From assembly GCA_009914755.4 (NCBI GenBank), contig CP068257.2:37024001-37088000 (forward strand): DNA of 64,000 bases, given 5' to 3'. Source of the DNA: the human T2T-CHM13v2.0 reference genome, Homo sapiens. Shown piece by piece: positions 26,919 through 40,962 of this stretch (position 1 is its first letter; each line of letters starts with the position of its first letter). The notes under the pieces are model-generated. The model ran no database searches and had not been told where the DNA came from. It saw only the letters and a list, made by a program, of their open reading frames with translations. The position numbers and the translations under genes were made by a program.

Positions 26919-28920
26919 TTCCTACTCCCAAAACAGCTGGAGTCTACTCCTTCCATTGCTAGTGTCATTCTTCACGCAGTTACAAGGTCCTGGATACTGG
27001 GAATCCCTTCCACATTTTGTCCCCTTGTCCTGGAATGTCCTTCCCATCCTTACCGTAGCAGATGTCATTCATTTGGATCTACCATTTAAAAAGCACTTAC
27101 ATGTGTATTTCCCCTGGGGATAAACATGCATGTAAGTGCTTTGTAAACGCCCACCAGTCACCTTGCGCAGCGGTGACAAGGTAGAAACTCCAAGTTTGCA
27201 CAACTAGAAAGCGAGTCAAGACTCAAACCCAGGCCTTGGGGCTTTCCCTGCATGGCCAGCTTACCACCCTCCCTTATTCAAGGTCTTTTTCTGGGTACCT
27301 CCCTGCCAGCCCTGTGCCTAATTTAATTCCTGCCCTCCGGCACCCCTTCCCACCTCTGTGACGGCACTTACTTCTCCTAACTTCATTATCCACGAACGGG
27401 AACTGTCTGCATCTTTTGCTTCCCTTTTACACATCAGCTCCTTCAGGCAACCTTAGTTCCCCTTGACTTTGTTTACAACAGTGACTCAAAAAGAATCAGA
27501 TCTTTGAACCCTGACCCTCACTTGCCCCATTGCTAAATAGTTACCACAGGCCATGTTGACTCCCCACAGCTCCCGTGAACACCCCGTTTTGTCTATTTCC
27601 AGGGCCAGTTTGCCTCGTTCAAGGTTTTATAACCTCACACCTGGCCACTGAGGCTGTCTCCTAACTGCCCACCTGGTCACTGGTATCTGCCTGCACCAAG
27701 TCCCCCTGCACCTGCGCTACAGCAAACACCATCATACAGTCTTAGAAACCTTCAGGAATGCCTCCTGCCTGCTGAGTAGATTGCAGATGTACTTGCTGGG
27801 TGTCACAGGATGAGAATTAGAAAACTAGAGCATACTTCTTTGTTTTTGCCTTGCAGAAGGCAAGCTCTTCACCAGGGACAAGCTTTGATGTCCGCCTACC
27901 TGCCTGGGAGAGAAGGGGAGATTAGGATTTGTTACAGAAGAAATTCAAGGTGCAAAGTAGGATTATGGAGCAGAACAGGAGCTGTATTTCTTTAAGGCTG
28001 TGCACTCAGCACTGCACTGGCCTGGAGCATCCACTCAGGGAGTGTGCTGACAGTGTACACAAAAAGAGAATCCTGTGTGCCATTAAGATGTAGCTGGAGA
28101 GTTTGAATTCAGGAAGGGGAAAGAATAACACAGGGGAAAGCCTGCTCTTTCTGAAGCCCATGAATTGTGGGGAGAGATAAAGGAAGGAGTTATAAAAATG
28201 TCTAGGTCCCTACTGCCTTCTCTGGCTTCTGCCCAGAGCCGGGGACCAGGTCAGGCCAAAGCTCAGGGCAGAGGGAGTTTTTGCACCCAGTCCCTAATGA
28301 GGACCATGGAAGCTCTTGCACTCCAGAACCTATGGTGGCGGAGGGGTCCTGGGTCTTCCTCTGCGGTGTAGATTCTGAGTGGAGATTCGAGGCATCTGCT
28401 GCAGTGAGGTAAGGTCACAGTGAACCTTGGAAATCAACCTTTGGTCTTGTGGGCTGGGTAAAGGGTGTGGCTGAGCCTGGTGTTAAACAGCTGGCAGGCC
28501 CTGAGGGAAGGCCAAGTGGCCAAGAGATGCCAAGGAAGGCCCTGGACAATGAGTTCCCCCAGCCACGGGCTTCAGCCATGTAGACCAGCCCAGCAAGAGG
28601 AACCCAGAGGATAAGGGACTTTCCCCAGAAACCCAAAGACATTGTGTCTGAGTACCTCCATTCTTCCAGAAGACCCGTGCTACTCCAAGTGTGGATCAGG
28701 AACGGTCTGTGAAATTTGTTACCGGTCTCAACAAGATAAGTCCAGAAACTGAGGGTAAGCATGTAGAAACGTCTATAGCTATCTGACCGAGTATTTTCAT
28801 GTCTGTTCAACCTAATAAAACTTGAGCTTGGATTTTGTGTGTCTTTTTTATTTTGTTTTTTCTAGTAACTTATTTTTCTCATACTTCACAAAATATCCAT
28901 TAGCACCATACTGAACATTT

Positions 28921-28946
28921 TAAAACAAACAAACAAACAAACAAAT
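28921..28946. repeat. (AAAC)n microsatellite
   Basis: aaacaaacaaacaaacaaacaaa. Confidence 0.9.
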
Positions 28947-30779
28947 TGGTTTTTTATCGTGGAACGTTTGAGAAGCGCTGCGGTAAACCACAGCAAGCCC
29001 ACAGGCCCCAACACCATCTTAGAAAGAGACTCAAGCAAAGAGTTACAGAGCATTTTATCCAAGGGAGACCTGGCCCTGCCTAGAGACTGTTTACTGGATC
29101 AGACTTAAAGCGCTTACCAGGTCTGGTAATAAAGCTAACATTTTTCCTGCTAACCAGCAGGTGGGGCACAGGAGGAAGCTCAGATTGACTAAAACAATGA
29201 CTCTTTCTCTGCACACACAAGTTGTGGTGTGAATTAAGATTTGTAACTCCTATATGTGGGTATCTGGGTCTGCCACAATCTGGGTCCAGGTTTTCTTTCT
29301 AATTAAACGCCCATCACTTTCTTACATGAATCTCCATAGGCCCAGAATTCTCTCCCGAATCCTTTCTGACCATGCACAACCTACCATTCTTATGTTTGCC
29401 CCATCTGGCACAGCATCAGAAAGATACTCCATCTTAACAAATCTCTATTGATTTCTTGGCCTTTGGTATCACATTCTGAGCCTCAGGCAACAGTGTTTGT
29501 GACCCATCTCACTTCCTAGTACCTACCTATGACCAACATAATTGACTCTCACCCTAGATCCCACTGGTCCACCTCTCTGAGTTCACCCACAGTTGTAGTG
29601 GACCATTCACTCACATACTGACAGGTTCTTGGCATGAGCATCTCTGGCTTCTCTGAAACAGGCTTTCGCTGGGGCCACTGAAGCTTGTTCAGCCTTTGTG
29701 CAAAGCATCCCAGAAGGGCTGAGGATGGGCTACCCAACTCTCGACCCATAAGGGAGAGCAGTTGGTGAATCAATGCCCCAGCTCCTCACTCCCCAGAGGC
29801 ACAACTCTGAAGTTCATTCCACAGGATTCCTCGGAGGCTTCCCATGCAATCAGGCCTCGACTGTCCACTGAAGCAGTAATGAGCTTCTCTTAATTGGCCA
29901 GCCTCCCTTGTTCCTGTTCTCCACTCCCTCACTTTTGCTTCCTGGGGTCACTTTCTAGGTGAACTACCTGAACCCAGAGTCTTGTCTCAAGTATTCTTTA
30001 AATGGAAACCAAAAAAAGGCACCATCCCAATGGGCTTTTTGTTGTCTATGTTTGCCCAGACTCTTATTCTTCCAGCATTGGTGCAGAACCAAACTGGCTT
30101 CCAGGTGGAAGGCGCCCGTGGACCTGATCCAGGAGGAGACCAACAGCCAGGTGATATGGCCAAGAAGAGCTAGAAGCACATCTCTGTGGAGAAATGAGCC
30201 TTGAGTGATTCAGAGGCCTCATCCTCTTGCAACCTGACTGATGAAGCAGCTAGTGTCAAAGAAGATGGCAACTCTGTCACTTTTGCCTAAAAATACCCAA
30301 AGCTCCCTGTGATCCAAGAGGCCCTCATCTTTCCAGCTGTCACCACCAGCACAAACAGGAGACAGCCCTAACCCCTTACACACCACCTGATTTTTTTCAC
30401 TCCTTTGTAGCTCCTTAGTAATCACTTTAACCAAGGAGGCAGAGGAAAAGATGGTACAAAGAAATACAGAAAAGTCAGGATACAATACAGATGATGTAAC
30501 TCTGCCTCACCCATTGGTGACTATAACTGCCAGAAGACTGAGGGTGTTGGGGAAAGCGAGTCCCCACCCAGGACTGAGCACAACTCCCAAGGCACGCGGC
30601 CCCACCGAGTACTGAGCCTGTAGGTGCACATCCGTCTGTCTGCGAAGGTCGGAGAGAAAGGGAAAGAAAGCACTGCAAATAGGAGTGTTCAGTATTTCTC
30701 ATGCAGCCTCTCGCACAAGCAGGGTGCACTCTGTTCCTGAGCTATTTCACACGCTCTTCCATTATGGAACTCAGCACAC

Positions 30780-30900
30780 AATCTTGATGATGTTGGTCTC
30801 TGTCTCCTGCCAGCCCGTGTGTTTCTTGATGGCAGGTTTGTCTTATTTATCTTAGTACTCTCAGAGCCTGGCACATGGGAGATATTGAATAAATGTTTTT
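30780..30900 (+). mobile_element. MIR SINE 3' fragment
   Basis: ..TCTCAGAGCCTGGCACATGGGAGATATTGAATAAATGTTTTT matches the MIR core/tail (gcctggcacatagtaggtgctcaataaatgtttgttgaatgaatga). Confidence 0.5.
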
Positions 30901-30984
30901 CAAATTAGGTTGCAATAAATTAAATTGGGTCTACTTTGGCTCAGATGAAAATACACTGGAGATAAAAACAAAGCGTAGTGCAGT

Positions 30985-31080
30985 TTGTATGAGTTGTTCT
31001 GTCTCTCTCTCTCTATATGTATATATATTTATATTTAGTTGTAAGAAATATAAATATAAATTTATATGTACACACACACT
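30985..31080. repeat. Compound simple repeat (TC)n/(TA)n/(AC)n, low complexity
   Basis: gtctctctctctctatatgtatatatatttatatttag...atatgtacacacacac. Confidence 0.8.
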
Positions 31081-33523
31081 TCCTTCTGAATTGGTCTGAG
31101 TTGAGGCAAACCAATGTGTGTTCATTCCATTAATCAGTCAGGTCCAGTGTTCTGTTCATTTATAACTATATTCAATAAAGGATTCTAAATCATCATCATA
31201 GAAAGACAACCCCAGAACTCAGGGCCTTGCAGCCCAATTCCAAAGAAAAGAAAATGTGAACTTTTTCTCCAAAGTGTTAAACTGTAAGGAGTGGTTTCCC
31301 CTGTGTGTTACTTCTGGGCCCACAATTGAGTGCCAAATTGCTAATGAATAGGTAGACCGTGTTGTCCATTTACCCTTGGCAATTACGATTAAAGTTACAT
31401 ACTTTTTATGATATCCTCCCCAGCCCCCAGAATAAGCCATGACAGCCACACCTTTCCCCCTGAAATATCCCCTTCATTTTTCACCCGCTCTGTGGCTATT
31501 CCTGGGACTGAGCCCCTTTTCATGAGTTCCAGCGGGTCCCCATCAACCCCCAAATCCCACCACAGGCCACATCGTCCCAGACCAGACCACGTCTGTTGAG
31601 CTAGCTGTCTATGTGAGTCTATCACCAAAGTAAGTTACATTCTTTCACTACCAAAGTTACTGGGCCTTTTTTTTTTTTTAACAATCCTTGGAAATGATCC
31701 CAGCTTAAAAAAGAACGAAACTCTCAACAGTCAGCCAAATACAACTGTTGAATAATTTAAATGAGAGCTACTAAGTCTTTTGAAAACAACCCCAACCCTG
31801 TGTTCTCTGATGTGAACAGGAAAAAAAAAAATTATGCACCAATGTGCAGAATTTGAGCCTATGCAGATGGCATGTTTTGCACCGTAGACTGCTGTTACTG
31901 TTTTGGCCAACGCGTTCCTATGGGATGCTGAGTTTTGTTTGTGGATTGATCTCTAAGTTACTTTATAGTTGAATCTATCATCATATTTTCCTGGGATTTT
32001 ATTTCTCTTCATTTTAAACAGATACATCAGAGACGGAGCAAGGAGCTTAGGCTAGCAAGCAGCCAACCTCCTCTGTTAGACCAAAATGTTCCCTCACTTT
32101 CAGAATAATCTGTGAATGTTGTTTGAAATGAAAAGAAAGAGTAAAGCATTTAGATAGTTCCTAAAGAAAAATAAAGCTTAATCAAGCCACTGTAGAGACA
32201 TCTCCTTTCTTCTGGGGCCATGACCAATAGCACTGTATAGAGAATCACATAAATAGACAAACTGCTTTCCCGTCCATTTGGGACACCTTAGACAGACAGA
32301 AAGGAGAGAGTCCAGAGACCTTTACTAAGCACCCATGATGTATGATGCGCTGTGCCTGGGATAAACTGTGATTTCCAGGAGCTTCTATTCTTCTTCTACT
32401 CTTACGAGCACCTACACAAGAAGCTACAAAAAGATTTTGTAAGCTAAGGGAAAGTAGGTACAGAAATAGAGCGAATTACTATTAACAAGTTTAGCTGCAA
32501 GAACAATTTTTTTCTGACGTTGGGCACCGAGGTGACCTTCTTGTAAGTGGTTCAAACTTGGATTTATTGTCATTGTGTTCTCATCATTCTACTATAAGTG
32601 GATCAGGCACCACCGACACAAGCACACATTCATTTATGCATTCAGCACACACGTATGGTGCACCTAGTGTATGCATCATGCCAGGAACTGAGGAAGAGAA
32701 GATGATGAGGACTTCTGTCCTCCAGAAACTCATGATCTGCTGGGGGAGACGAGTATGCAAATGTATCCTTTAAGAGCACTGTCAGAAGTGCAATGAGAGA
32801 GAGAAACTGTCCGTTCACAAGACTCACTCCTTCATACCTGGATGCAATACAGATGGAGGTAAGATTTAGGACTTTCTGCAGAGCCACTGCATTTTAAGTA
32901 GACTCAAACTGCATCTTTCTAGGAAGCGAGGCAGTATTTATCTGTCCAAGCAAAAATTGAATGAAGCACATGACTTCCATGGATGCAAACATTATAAACA
33001 AGGTCTCTGTGTGAATTTGCAGGATTGAATCTCCCAGATTACAGTTGAACCCTACCACCTAGAAATACTATGATTCTTATCAGACAAAATCAAGACATAC
33101 AAATTTAAGTTGGAACAAAAGAATAAAATGTAGTTGACTCACTTTATTTAGCACAGATTTGGATTTTTGTTGTTGTGTATATCAATTCAAGAACTAAGAA
33201 TTCAACCCAAGTTTTAAAATGTAAAACTGACTTCACGTATCTTTAGTAAAAGGCCAGCAACACCTCCCAAAGAGTTCATAATGTTTTTAGGAATAAAGTG
33301 CCAGGGGTTGACTAAGACTATTAAGAAAATTGGGTATAAATTCGAAAGAAATTGTGTGTGGGTCCCTCCCAGACCATCTTAGCCCATAGAGGTCTCTTAT
33401 TTCCTTGAGATTATTTCAAGGCATCAGAAATCTCCTTCTCACGTTACCTACCCTGCCCCATAAGCCAACATTTCATTCTCTCTTTGCATGAATCATTTCT
33501 CGCCTGTAAAGAATCTCTTGCCG

Positions 33524-33853
33524 TTGTTTTTTGTTTTGTTTTGTTTTGTTTTGTTTTGTTTTGTTTTGTTTCTGAGACAGAGTCTCGCTCTATAGCCCAG
33601 GCTGGAGTGCAGTGGCACAATCTCGGCTCACTGCAACATCTGCCTCCTGGGTTCAAGTGATTCTCCTGCCTCACCTCCTGAGTCACTGGGACTACAGGCA
33701 CATGCTACCACGCCTGGCTAATTTTTTGTATTTTTAGTAGAGATGGGGTTTCACCATTTTAGCCAGTATGGTCTCGATCTCCTGACCTCATGATACTCTT
33801 GCCTCGGCCTCCCAAAGTGCTGGGATTACAAGCGTGAGCCACCATGCCCGGCC
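33524..33853 (-). mobile_element. Alu SINE (minus strand) with (GTTTT)n [= (AAAAC)n] tail
   Basis: (gtttt)n then TGAGACAGAGTCTCGCTCTATAGCCCAGGCTGGAGTGCAGTGGCACAATCTCGGCTCACTGCAAC...GGGATTACAAGCGTGAGCCACCATGCCCGGCC, the reverse complement of Alu. Confidence 0.93.
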
Positions 33854-35117
33854 TTGGTTTTGCTTAGACTGAAGACTTTTCAAAATCATGAGTCAGTTCT
33901 CCCTCTTCTCTTTTCATTCCTCAAATTCTCTGAAACTCTATTAAATATAGGAATTTAAAAATGGCTGTTGAATCAGTTGTTTCAGCTCTATTGTTGCTAA
34001 GCCACCTTTGAAACAATTAAGACACCATCAATTTTTCTGCAGTTTATATAGTACCAGTGTACAAAGTAGATACTCAGGAAAAGGTATGGGTAAATTAACT
34101 GATTCTGAAGAATTGAGAATTTGTCCCTGAGTTATATAAGAATGATTGTGTATATTTTTAGTTGAAAGCATGTAATAGCCCCTAAAGAGCTTATAACGCA
34201 AACGACAACTAGGTTCTCAGGTTTTAAATCTCTGGTTAACAGGCTCATGGGTACTACTTTGCGGGACATATTTTAAAATAGAGTGGGGTGGGGGGGAATG
34301 TACACAAGTATTATTTGAATTCTATTATCATTTACTTATTTAAAACTTATTTTTGTATTTCATGTTTACTACTTTTGTTTGCTTTGCTTTGATAGAAACT
34401 AAAACCCATCTTCTCTGACAAAGTACTGTTTTTGATATTCAATAAACAGAGCTTTCTTATTCATCCTTTTCTTTAAAAATTACTTTCCTGTATTACAATT
34501 TGTATTTGTTAATCACGTATGGAATCAGCTTTTAAACAGAAGAAAACAAGCATCAGCTCTGTAGAAACTGCAGACGTTTTGGAGAAGATTAAACAAGACA
34601 GCTTCAAAAGACCAAAACATGAATCCACCCCAGCCCTTGTTGGTCAAACCACGTGGGCCTTCAGCTGTCTCGTCTTTCCAGAGTCTCATCTTATGATGAA
34701 AGTTAAATAAATTCCGTTGTAAATGATGTTTTTTAAAACTCTAAATGAGAGAAGCAATAGAGACTTTACCCCCTAATAATGGGATACTATATGTAATTCT
34801 TAAAATTAATAAAGGCCATTTGTGCTGTAAGAATTCTCCATTTTCTTTTGTAAAGGTGACTTCTTTAACCTGAATATTTTAACAGGTCAATAAGATATGC
34901 CCCTGGTAGTAGAGTGACATTTTTTTTCACTCCTCAAAAGCCATTTTATAAGACAATGCACATTTCAACATCAGCGTAAATAACAGCCTTGTTTGAAAAC
35001 TCAGGAGACAGCTTTACTCTTTCTCTGCCTTCTTTCCTACCCAGCCCTCCCCCTCCTCTGAACTGAACCACACCTCTCTAGAAATACTCGCGTTCTTAAT
35101 GAAAACCATATTTAAAA

Positions 35118-35147
35118 AAAAAAAAAAAAAAAAAAAAAGTTTGCATG
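35118..35147. repeat. poly(A) tract (~30 nt)
   Basis: aaaaaaaaaaaaaaaaaaaaaaaaaaaaag. Confidence 0.9.
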
Positions 35148-35560
35148 ACCCGCCGAAACGCCTGGACAATCTTTAATGTCAGCTTCAGACGACACGTGTC
35201 TTATGAAAGTCTGGGGCCCTGCTCGTCTGGCAGAGCGAGCTCTGTCCCACATCTTTATGAGAAAGAGGGACAAAACTTCTGTTTTTGGCATTTTATGTTG
35301 GAGTCTGTTTTAAGCAAGGAGGAAAAAAATAGCAAAGTAGAGTCTAGACAGAAAAGATGGGGGTGAAATCTGGAAGCCATTCACCCCGGCAAGGGCAGCA
35401 GCAGCCCGTCGGCAGCAGGGATCGCCTTACGCTGCCTAATTACACATGAAAAATGTACACACCGCGTCTCTCAACTGCTTGGAAAAATAGATGCTAGGAT
35501 GGCGCTTTTGGACGGTGGCAACCGAACCAGTTGTATATTCTGGATGCGGGATCTCTTACT
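35140..35560. promoter_or_regulatory. Candidate conserved non-coding element / enhancer (CpG-retaining, non-repeat block)
   Basis: At least 12 CpGs (gacccgccgaaacgcc, gacgacacgtgtc, gctcgtctggcagagcgagc, cccgtcggcagc, gatcgccttacgctgcctaattacaca, caccgcgtctc, ggcgcttttggacggtggcaaccgaacc, atgcgggatc, ccacgcatt) within about 420 bp of otherwise CpG-depleted AT-rich DNA. It includes a TAATTA homeodomain core. No repeat signature. Confidence 0.35.
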
Positions 35561-37281
35561 CCACGCATTTTGCAATGTGATTTCCTTTTTCAGGGGCATA
35601 GGTATTCCTTTCATCCTCCCCCCAAGATGTTTTAAATGTATTCTCAATTTGGCAAATGGTCACATTCTGTGAAGAATATTTAGATATTAAAGTAGGTTCC
35701 GTATGAGATCAAGTTAGACACATTTCTATGGTAAAGAGTTTGCCTAAGAGTAAGATCAAGACTATGAAGTCCTCAACATATTTTAGGATCTCATTGATGG
35801 CTTGAGGTGATTTGCAGTTACAAGGATAACTTCTAAATCATTAGCATGGCCTGCTCATGCAATCACAGACTTTGTGCCAAGCATAGGTCTACATTTTATG
35901 CAGGATAATGATTTTTTAAGAATCCTTTAATATAGTGTCTTTTTCCAGGAGTTCAAAGCATTTTTCACAGATATTAGCATTCAGTCACATAACATTCCTG
36001 GAATCTAAGGAGGGACGAGGCCGTAGCCAGGAGCTGACTGCAGAGGAGGTGTGTGTGCAGGCTTTGATGCTGGAGAGATTCTCCTGAAGAAAAAATGGTA
36101 GGAGAGAAATTTAGAACCCAACCTTAATGGATGTTAGAGAGCACAGCTAGCTGTGTGGGTGACAGAGAGACTGACAGACAGACTTGGAGAGGTAGGTAGA
36201 GGTCAGGGAAAGCCTGGGATAGAGAAACTGTCCAACAGAAGCTCAAAGCAAGTAAAAGAGGAGGCCAGGGAGCTATTTGGGGCCCTGAAAAGGGGTCATC
36301 TATGGAAGGTTTGGGAACATCAGGATACCAGGAAGGCTGGATGCCATGAGTGGTGAAGTCAATGGGATCAGCTCCTATGGGCTCTGGGTAAACACTGGGA
36401 AGGAGCCAGGAGCTGTGGGCAGAGTGGGTGACATGGCCTGGCTCAACTTGGGGGAGGCTCCCTGGCCAGGAGAGCAGAGACTGTGGGGGCTCTAAGGGGA
36501 GACTTAGGGAGAGACTGTTGTTCTGCTAGCAATAGATGGTGATGGTTTGGACCAGAAAGAGGAAGAATCTAGAAATACTTCCCTAAGGCTGATTGAAGGC
36601 TGACTCTATCATCCTGCCAGGGGCCCAGGGGGAATTGCAGTAGGTACAGCAAACATCAAAGACAAGGGCCTCCTTCTGACATGAAACATCTATGTGCCCT
36701 TCAGTGAGGATTATTAAGTGCAGCGGGGCAATCCCACCAAAGACCACCAAAGAACCACACCAAAGACCACTAAGCAGCCACTAAAAATGATATCTTGGGG
36801 TGGTAACTGCAGCAGGTGTACACTTCAGTCAAAATACCTCAAATTGTGCATACACTTAATCTCTGGCCAGTTTATTCTATACAGAACATGCTTTAATAAT
36901 AAATAGTAAATTAATTATTTAACCAACGTAAGGCTAGGATAAGCCTCGTACGTGCCTCTGAATGTCCCTGGGGCTGTACTTCTGATTGAAACCACAATAG
37001 CAATAGCTAATATTTTCCTCATGTTGCCAATGTGACCAGAATTCTTCTAAGCATTTTGCATAGATTAATTCAGTTAACAGTTCCAGCAATGCTATCAGAT
37101 AGATACTATTATTATCTCCATTTCGCTTGGGAAGAAACGGAGTCACAGAAAGTTCGCGAGCTTTGGCCGAAATGTCTCATCAGTGGGAGCCTGAGGTTAT
37201 CTGCAGCCTCCTTCCCTCACAGGGCAACTCTAAGAACCAAGGAGAGGCAGGCACCAAAGGGCTCTGAAAAGTGCAAGGATC

Positions 37282-37732
<451 letters not shown>

Positions 37733-38575
37733 TTACTTTAATTACCCTTTCCAGAGCCCTGTTTTCCATCCTCGTAATCATTACTTTTGCTCTTTTCTGA
37801 ATTCTCTCCAATTTTCTTACACCTCTCTAAAAATTTGTGGACACTATTGACCTACAAAGAAAGTTTGAAATCGTTGACAAGAAAGACGTTTGCAGGAAGA
37901 CCTTGCAATAGACGGGTCAGGTTTACAGAAGATTTTGATATCTGGGAGTTATACATGAGTTACTAAAACCCTGGCTTCTGTCCCAAACTTAGGTCCCAGG
38001 TGTTTAAGTCACCAGTGAGGAACTGTTTTTGTTACTGGCTGGAGGTCTGGTGGTGTGGGGAGGTGGGTCTGTGGCAGTGATATTGAGGTTACGACCCACA
38101 GTGATTATCAGAGCTTATTGACCCTTGAAGCCTCCGGGAGTGCTCAAGTCCTCCCAGCCTCATATCCCAGCACAGAGCCCTCTCTGGAAGTAAGAGCTGG
38201 CAGGTTTGGTTCTGGGGAGGTAACTGTCTTAGGACTACACGGTGTCATTTCAGAGGCCCATTGCCCCCTCTATCAGGCACAGGAAGACCCCAAAGAAAAC
38301 CTTGCTTCCACCATGAAGCTGTGCAACTTTACACAAATTCCCTAAGCTCTCTGGACTTTACTCTCCTCATTTGTAAAATGGAGCTAGCAATATCTTCCTC
38401 ATAGGGTTTCCGAAGATCAGAGGTGATAGCAGGTAAGATGCCTGGCGTGGAGTAGCCTTTGTGACAATGGGGAAAATTTGACACCCCAAGTACCAGCCCT
38501 TGGGTTGACATTCCAAGCCTTTCCCACAAACAGGTTCTTACTCAAGGTTTGAAGATTCACTAGAACATTTACAAA

Positions 38576-38760
38576 GGAAAGGGAAGGGGAGGGGAAGGGG
38601 AGGGGGAGGGGAGGGGGAGGGGAGGGGGAGGGCAGGGGAGGGGGAAGGGAGGGGAATGGGGAGGAGAGGGGAGGGGGAGGGGATGGGGAGGGGGAGGGGA
38701 GGGGAGGGGGAGGGGGAGGGGAGGGGAGGGGGAGGGGGAGGGGAGGGGAGGGGAGAAGTG
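38576..38760. repeat. G-rich (GGGGA/GGGAGG)n tandem repeat, ~185 bp
   Basis: ggaaagggaaggggaggggaaggggagggggaggggagggggagggg... This explains the Pro/Ser/Leu-rich ORFs on the minus strand and the Gly/Glu/Arg-rich ORF on the plus strand at 38417-38898. Confidence 0.95.
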
Positions 38761-40127
38761 GAGGGCTTCCAAGGGCCCACATCAACCATGCAGGAATTTC
38801 TACTTTTAAAATTCTGGGTAAAATTGTATTCCCCCATTTCCCAGGCTGGGGTGTGGAGGTACCCAGGGAAGGGTCACAGCCAGCCTGTGGGACTTTGAAT
38901 GCTGTTCCATCTCCCAGATATCATATTGAGTGAAGGGCACCAAAGACCTTCCAGAGCTGGTACACATTAATGAGATCACATTGGAGAAAACATGAGGCAA
39001 AGCTCAAGATCATCATAGTTGTTCTTGTCTGGGCATACTACCATCTAACGGAAGGAAGCATAGTCTATGACCAAGACCAGGTAAAACAGTTAAACAACTG
39101 TGAAGGGGCTACTGAAATTGGACCGAGCATACAAAGAACCACCAGTGGGAATCTATGCCACCAACAACAACCCCTAATATCTCCCCAAAAGAAGAATTGA
39201 GGAAAGTGTCTCTCTTGTAGTTAGAGTCCATTTTTATTAACTGTCCATATAAATGTCAGACTAAAGAATTGTGCTTATAAAATGAACCTTAGGTATGACC
39301 CCGGAATTCAAAAATGCATACCCTTTGTGACCAGCAGAGACACATCTTCATTTGGGTTAAACACTGGCAGAAATAGAAACCAAGAGACGGGCTAGACCCT
39401 CAGTGGATGACCTTGAGCCATGACTTTGCTAAGTCTTTGCTTGCCCGGTATGGTTGTTAGATGACCTGATTGACAAGGTCTGCTCTAGTGATGTCCTACC
39501 AGGACTCCCAAGTATAACTTTTTCTATTATTGCTGTTTCTCAGCGGTCAGTGGGTGTAAGAGAAGCTAACCAGAGGAAGTGAATCACTTCCTGTGGTCAT
39601 TCTTCTGCCCACAGTTGAGCTATTTTTAACAGTCCATATAAAAATCATAAATCCAACCCTGGGCGTGTGTTTTATTTAACAAGTGCCTAATAAGTTAGGT
39701 GGAGGTGGAGACAAAAATGGGAAGACTTGAGCCAGTGAGGAGGAAACCATTAAATAAATTCCCCCAGATAATGATAATCTCTGTAGCTTCTTTTGGAAAA
39801 CTTGTCACAAAGAACAAGAATAATGTTTTTAGGGTCACTTCTATGGAAGTTCCCATTCCATATGGAAGAAACTAATTTATAAAGCAAAAGAGCTGCCCAA
39901 CTTTCACAGTGTCTGTAGTAAATTACTCAAAATATTCCAGCAACCAGCCAGGGTGATTTTTCAAAAATCTTTCTCTTCTTTATCACTGCTATTTCTTTCC
40001 ATTCGAATATGGTGGTATCATTTATACAAAATCTGTGAATAATTAGACAAGGAATGTGAAATGATTTACTAAGAAATGCTTGGAGATTAAGTACAATCTC
40101 ACTCCAGCATTGAATGAAGGAGAGTAA

Positions 40128-40556
40128 CAGCTTGGGCATCCATTTCAAAGGACCACAGACTGGGCAGCTTAAAACAACAGAAATTTATGTTCTCACAGTT
40201 CTGGAGGCTGGAAGTCCGAGATCAAGTTGTGGGCAGACTTGGTTTCTTCTAAGAACTGTGAAGATAGATGCTGCTCCAGACCTCTCTCCTTGGCTGTAGA
40301 TGTTCATTTTCTCTCTGTGTCTCCACGTGGCATCTTCCTCCTATGACTGTCTCTGTGTCCAAATTTTCTCTTCCTTTAAGGACACCAGTCATATTGGACT
40401 AGTGCCCACTCTGATGACCTCATTTTAGCTTAACTGCCTCTGTAAAGACCCTATCTCCAAATTGGGTCACATTCTGAGGCAATGGAGATTAGGACTTCAA
40501 CATGTGAATTTGAAGTGGGGATTGCTGGGGGAGACACAATTGGCCCATAACAACAA
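40128..40556 (+). mobile_element. MaLR-class LTR (MLT1-like)
   Basis: ..GACCACAGACTGGGCAGCTTAAAACAACAGAAATTTATGTTCTCACAGTTCTGGAGGCTGGAAGTCCGAGATCAAG..TTAAGGACACCAGTCATATTGGACTAGTGCCCACTCTGATGACCTCATTTTAGCTTAACTGCCTCTGTAAAGACCCTATCTCCAAATTGGGTCACATTCTGAGG..GGACTTCAACATGTGAATTTGAAG..CCCATAACA. Confidence 0.7.
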
Positions 40557-40962
40557 AAGAGTTTCTTTTATTGCATCGTGACTTTATCACATATCAGGCT
40601 TTCATAGTATTAAATATCTACCTAACACCTCTAGTCTGCCTTCCACTCATATCCCCCGTGTAGATGTAGCCCACCCAGAGAGAGAAAACCCAACATAAAT
40701 TCTGAACAGGATGCTGCTCCCTGGACCTGCCCGCTGGAGGCACCATTTTTGAGAGAACTTCTGGTCTAGGTGCTCTTCCTAACAACATCTCAGATGCTTC
40801 TAACACTAGAGTTCAGACAGATCACAGACAACACTCAGAGGGCTATTTATAATTTAATATACACAACATATGATAAAATGAATTGTTTCACCATTTTATA
40901 ATATGTTGAGATGTCTGCAGCTCTTCTCATCAATCGTTTAAAGCAGGAGTCTGCCAACCTCT

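Noticed and set aside
38417-38898. Pro/Ser/Leu-rich ORFs of 122, 99 and 67 aa (minus strand) and a Gly/Glu/Arg-rich 80-aa ORF (plus strand), reminiscent of extensin/collagen-like proteins
   Set aside because: They lie entirely on the (GGGGA)n simple repeat, so they are repeat translations.
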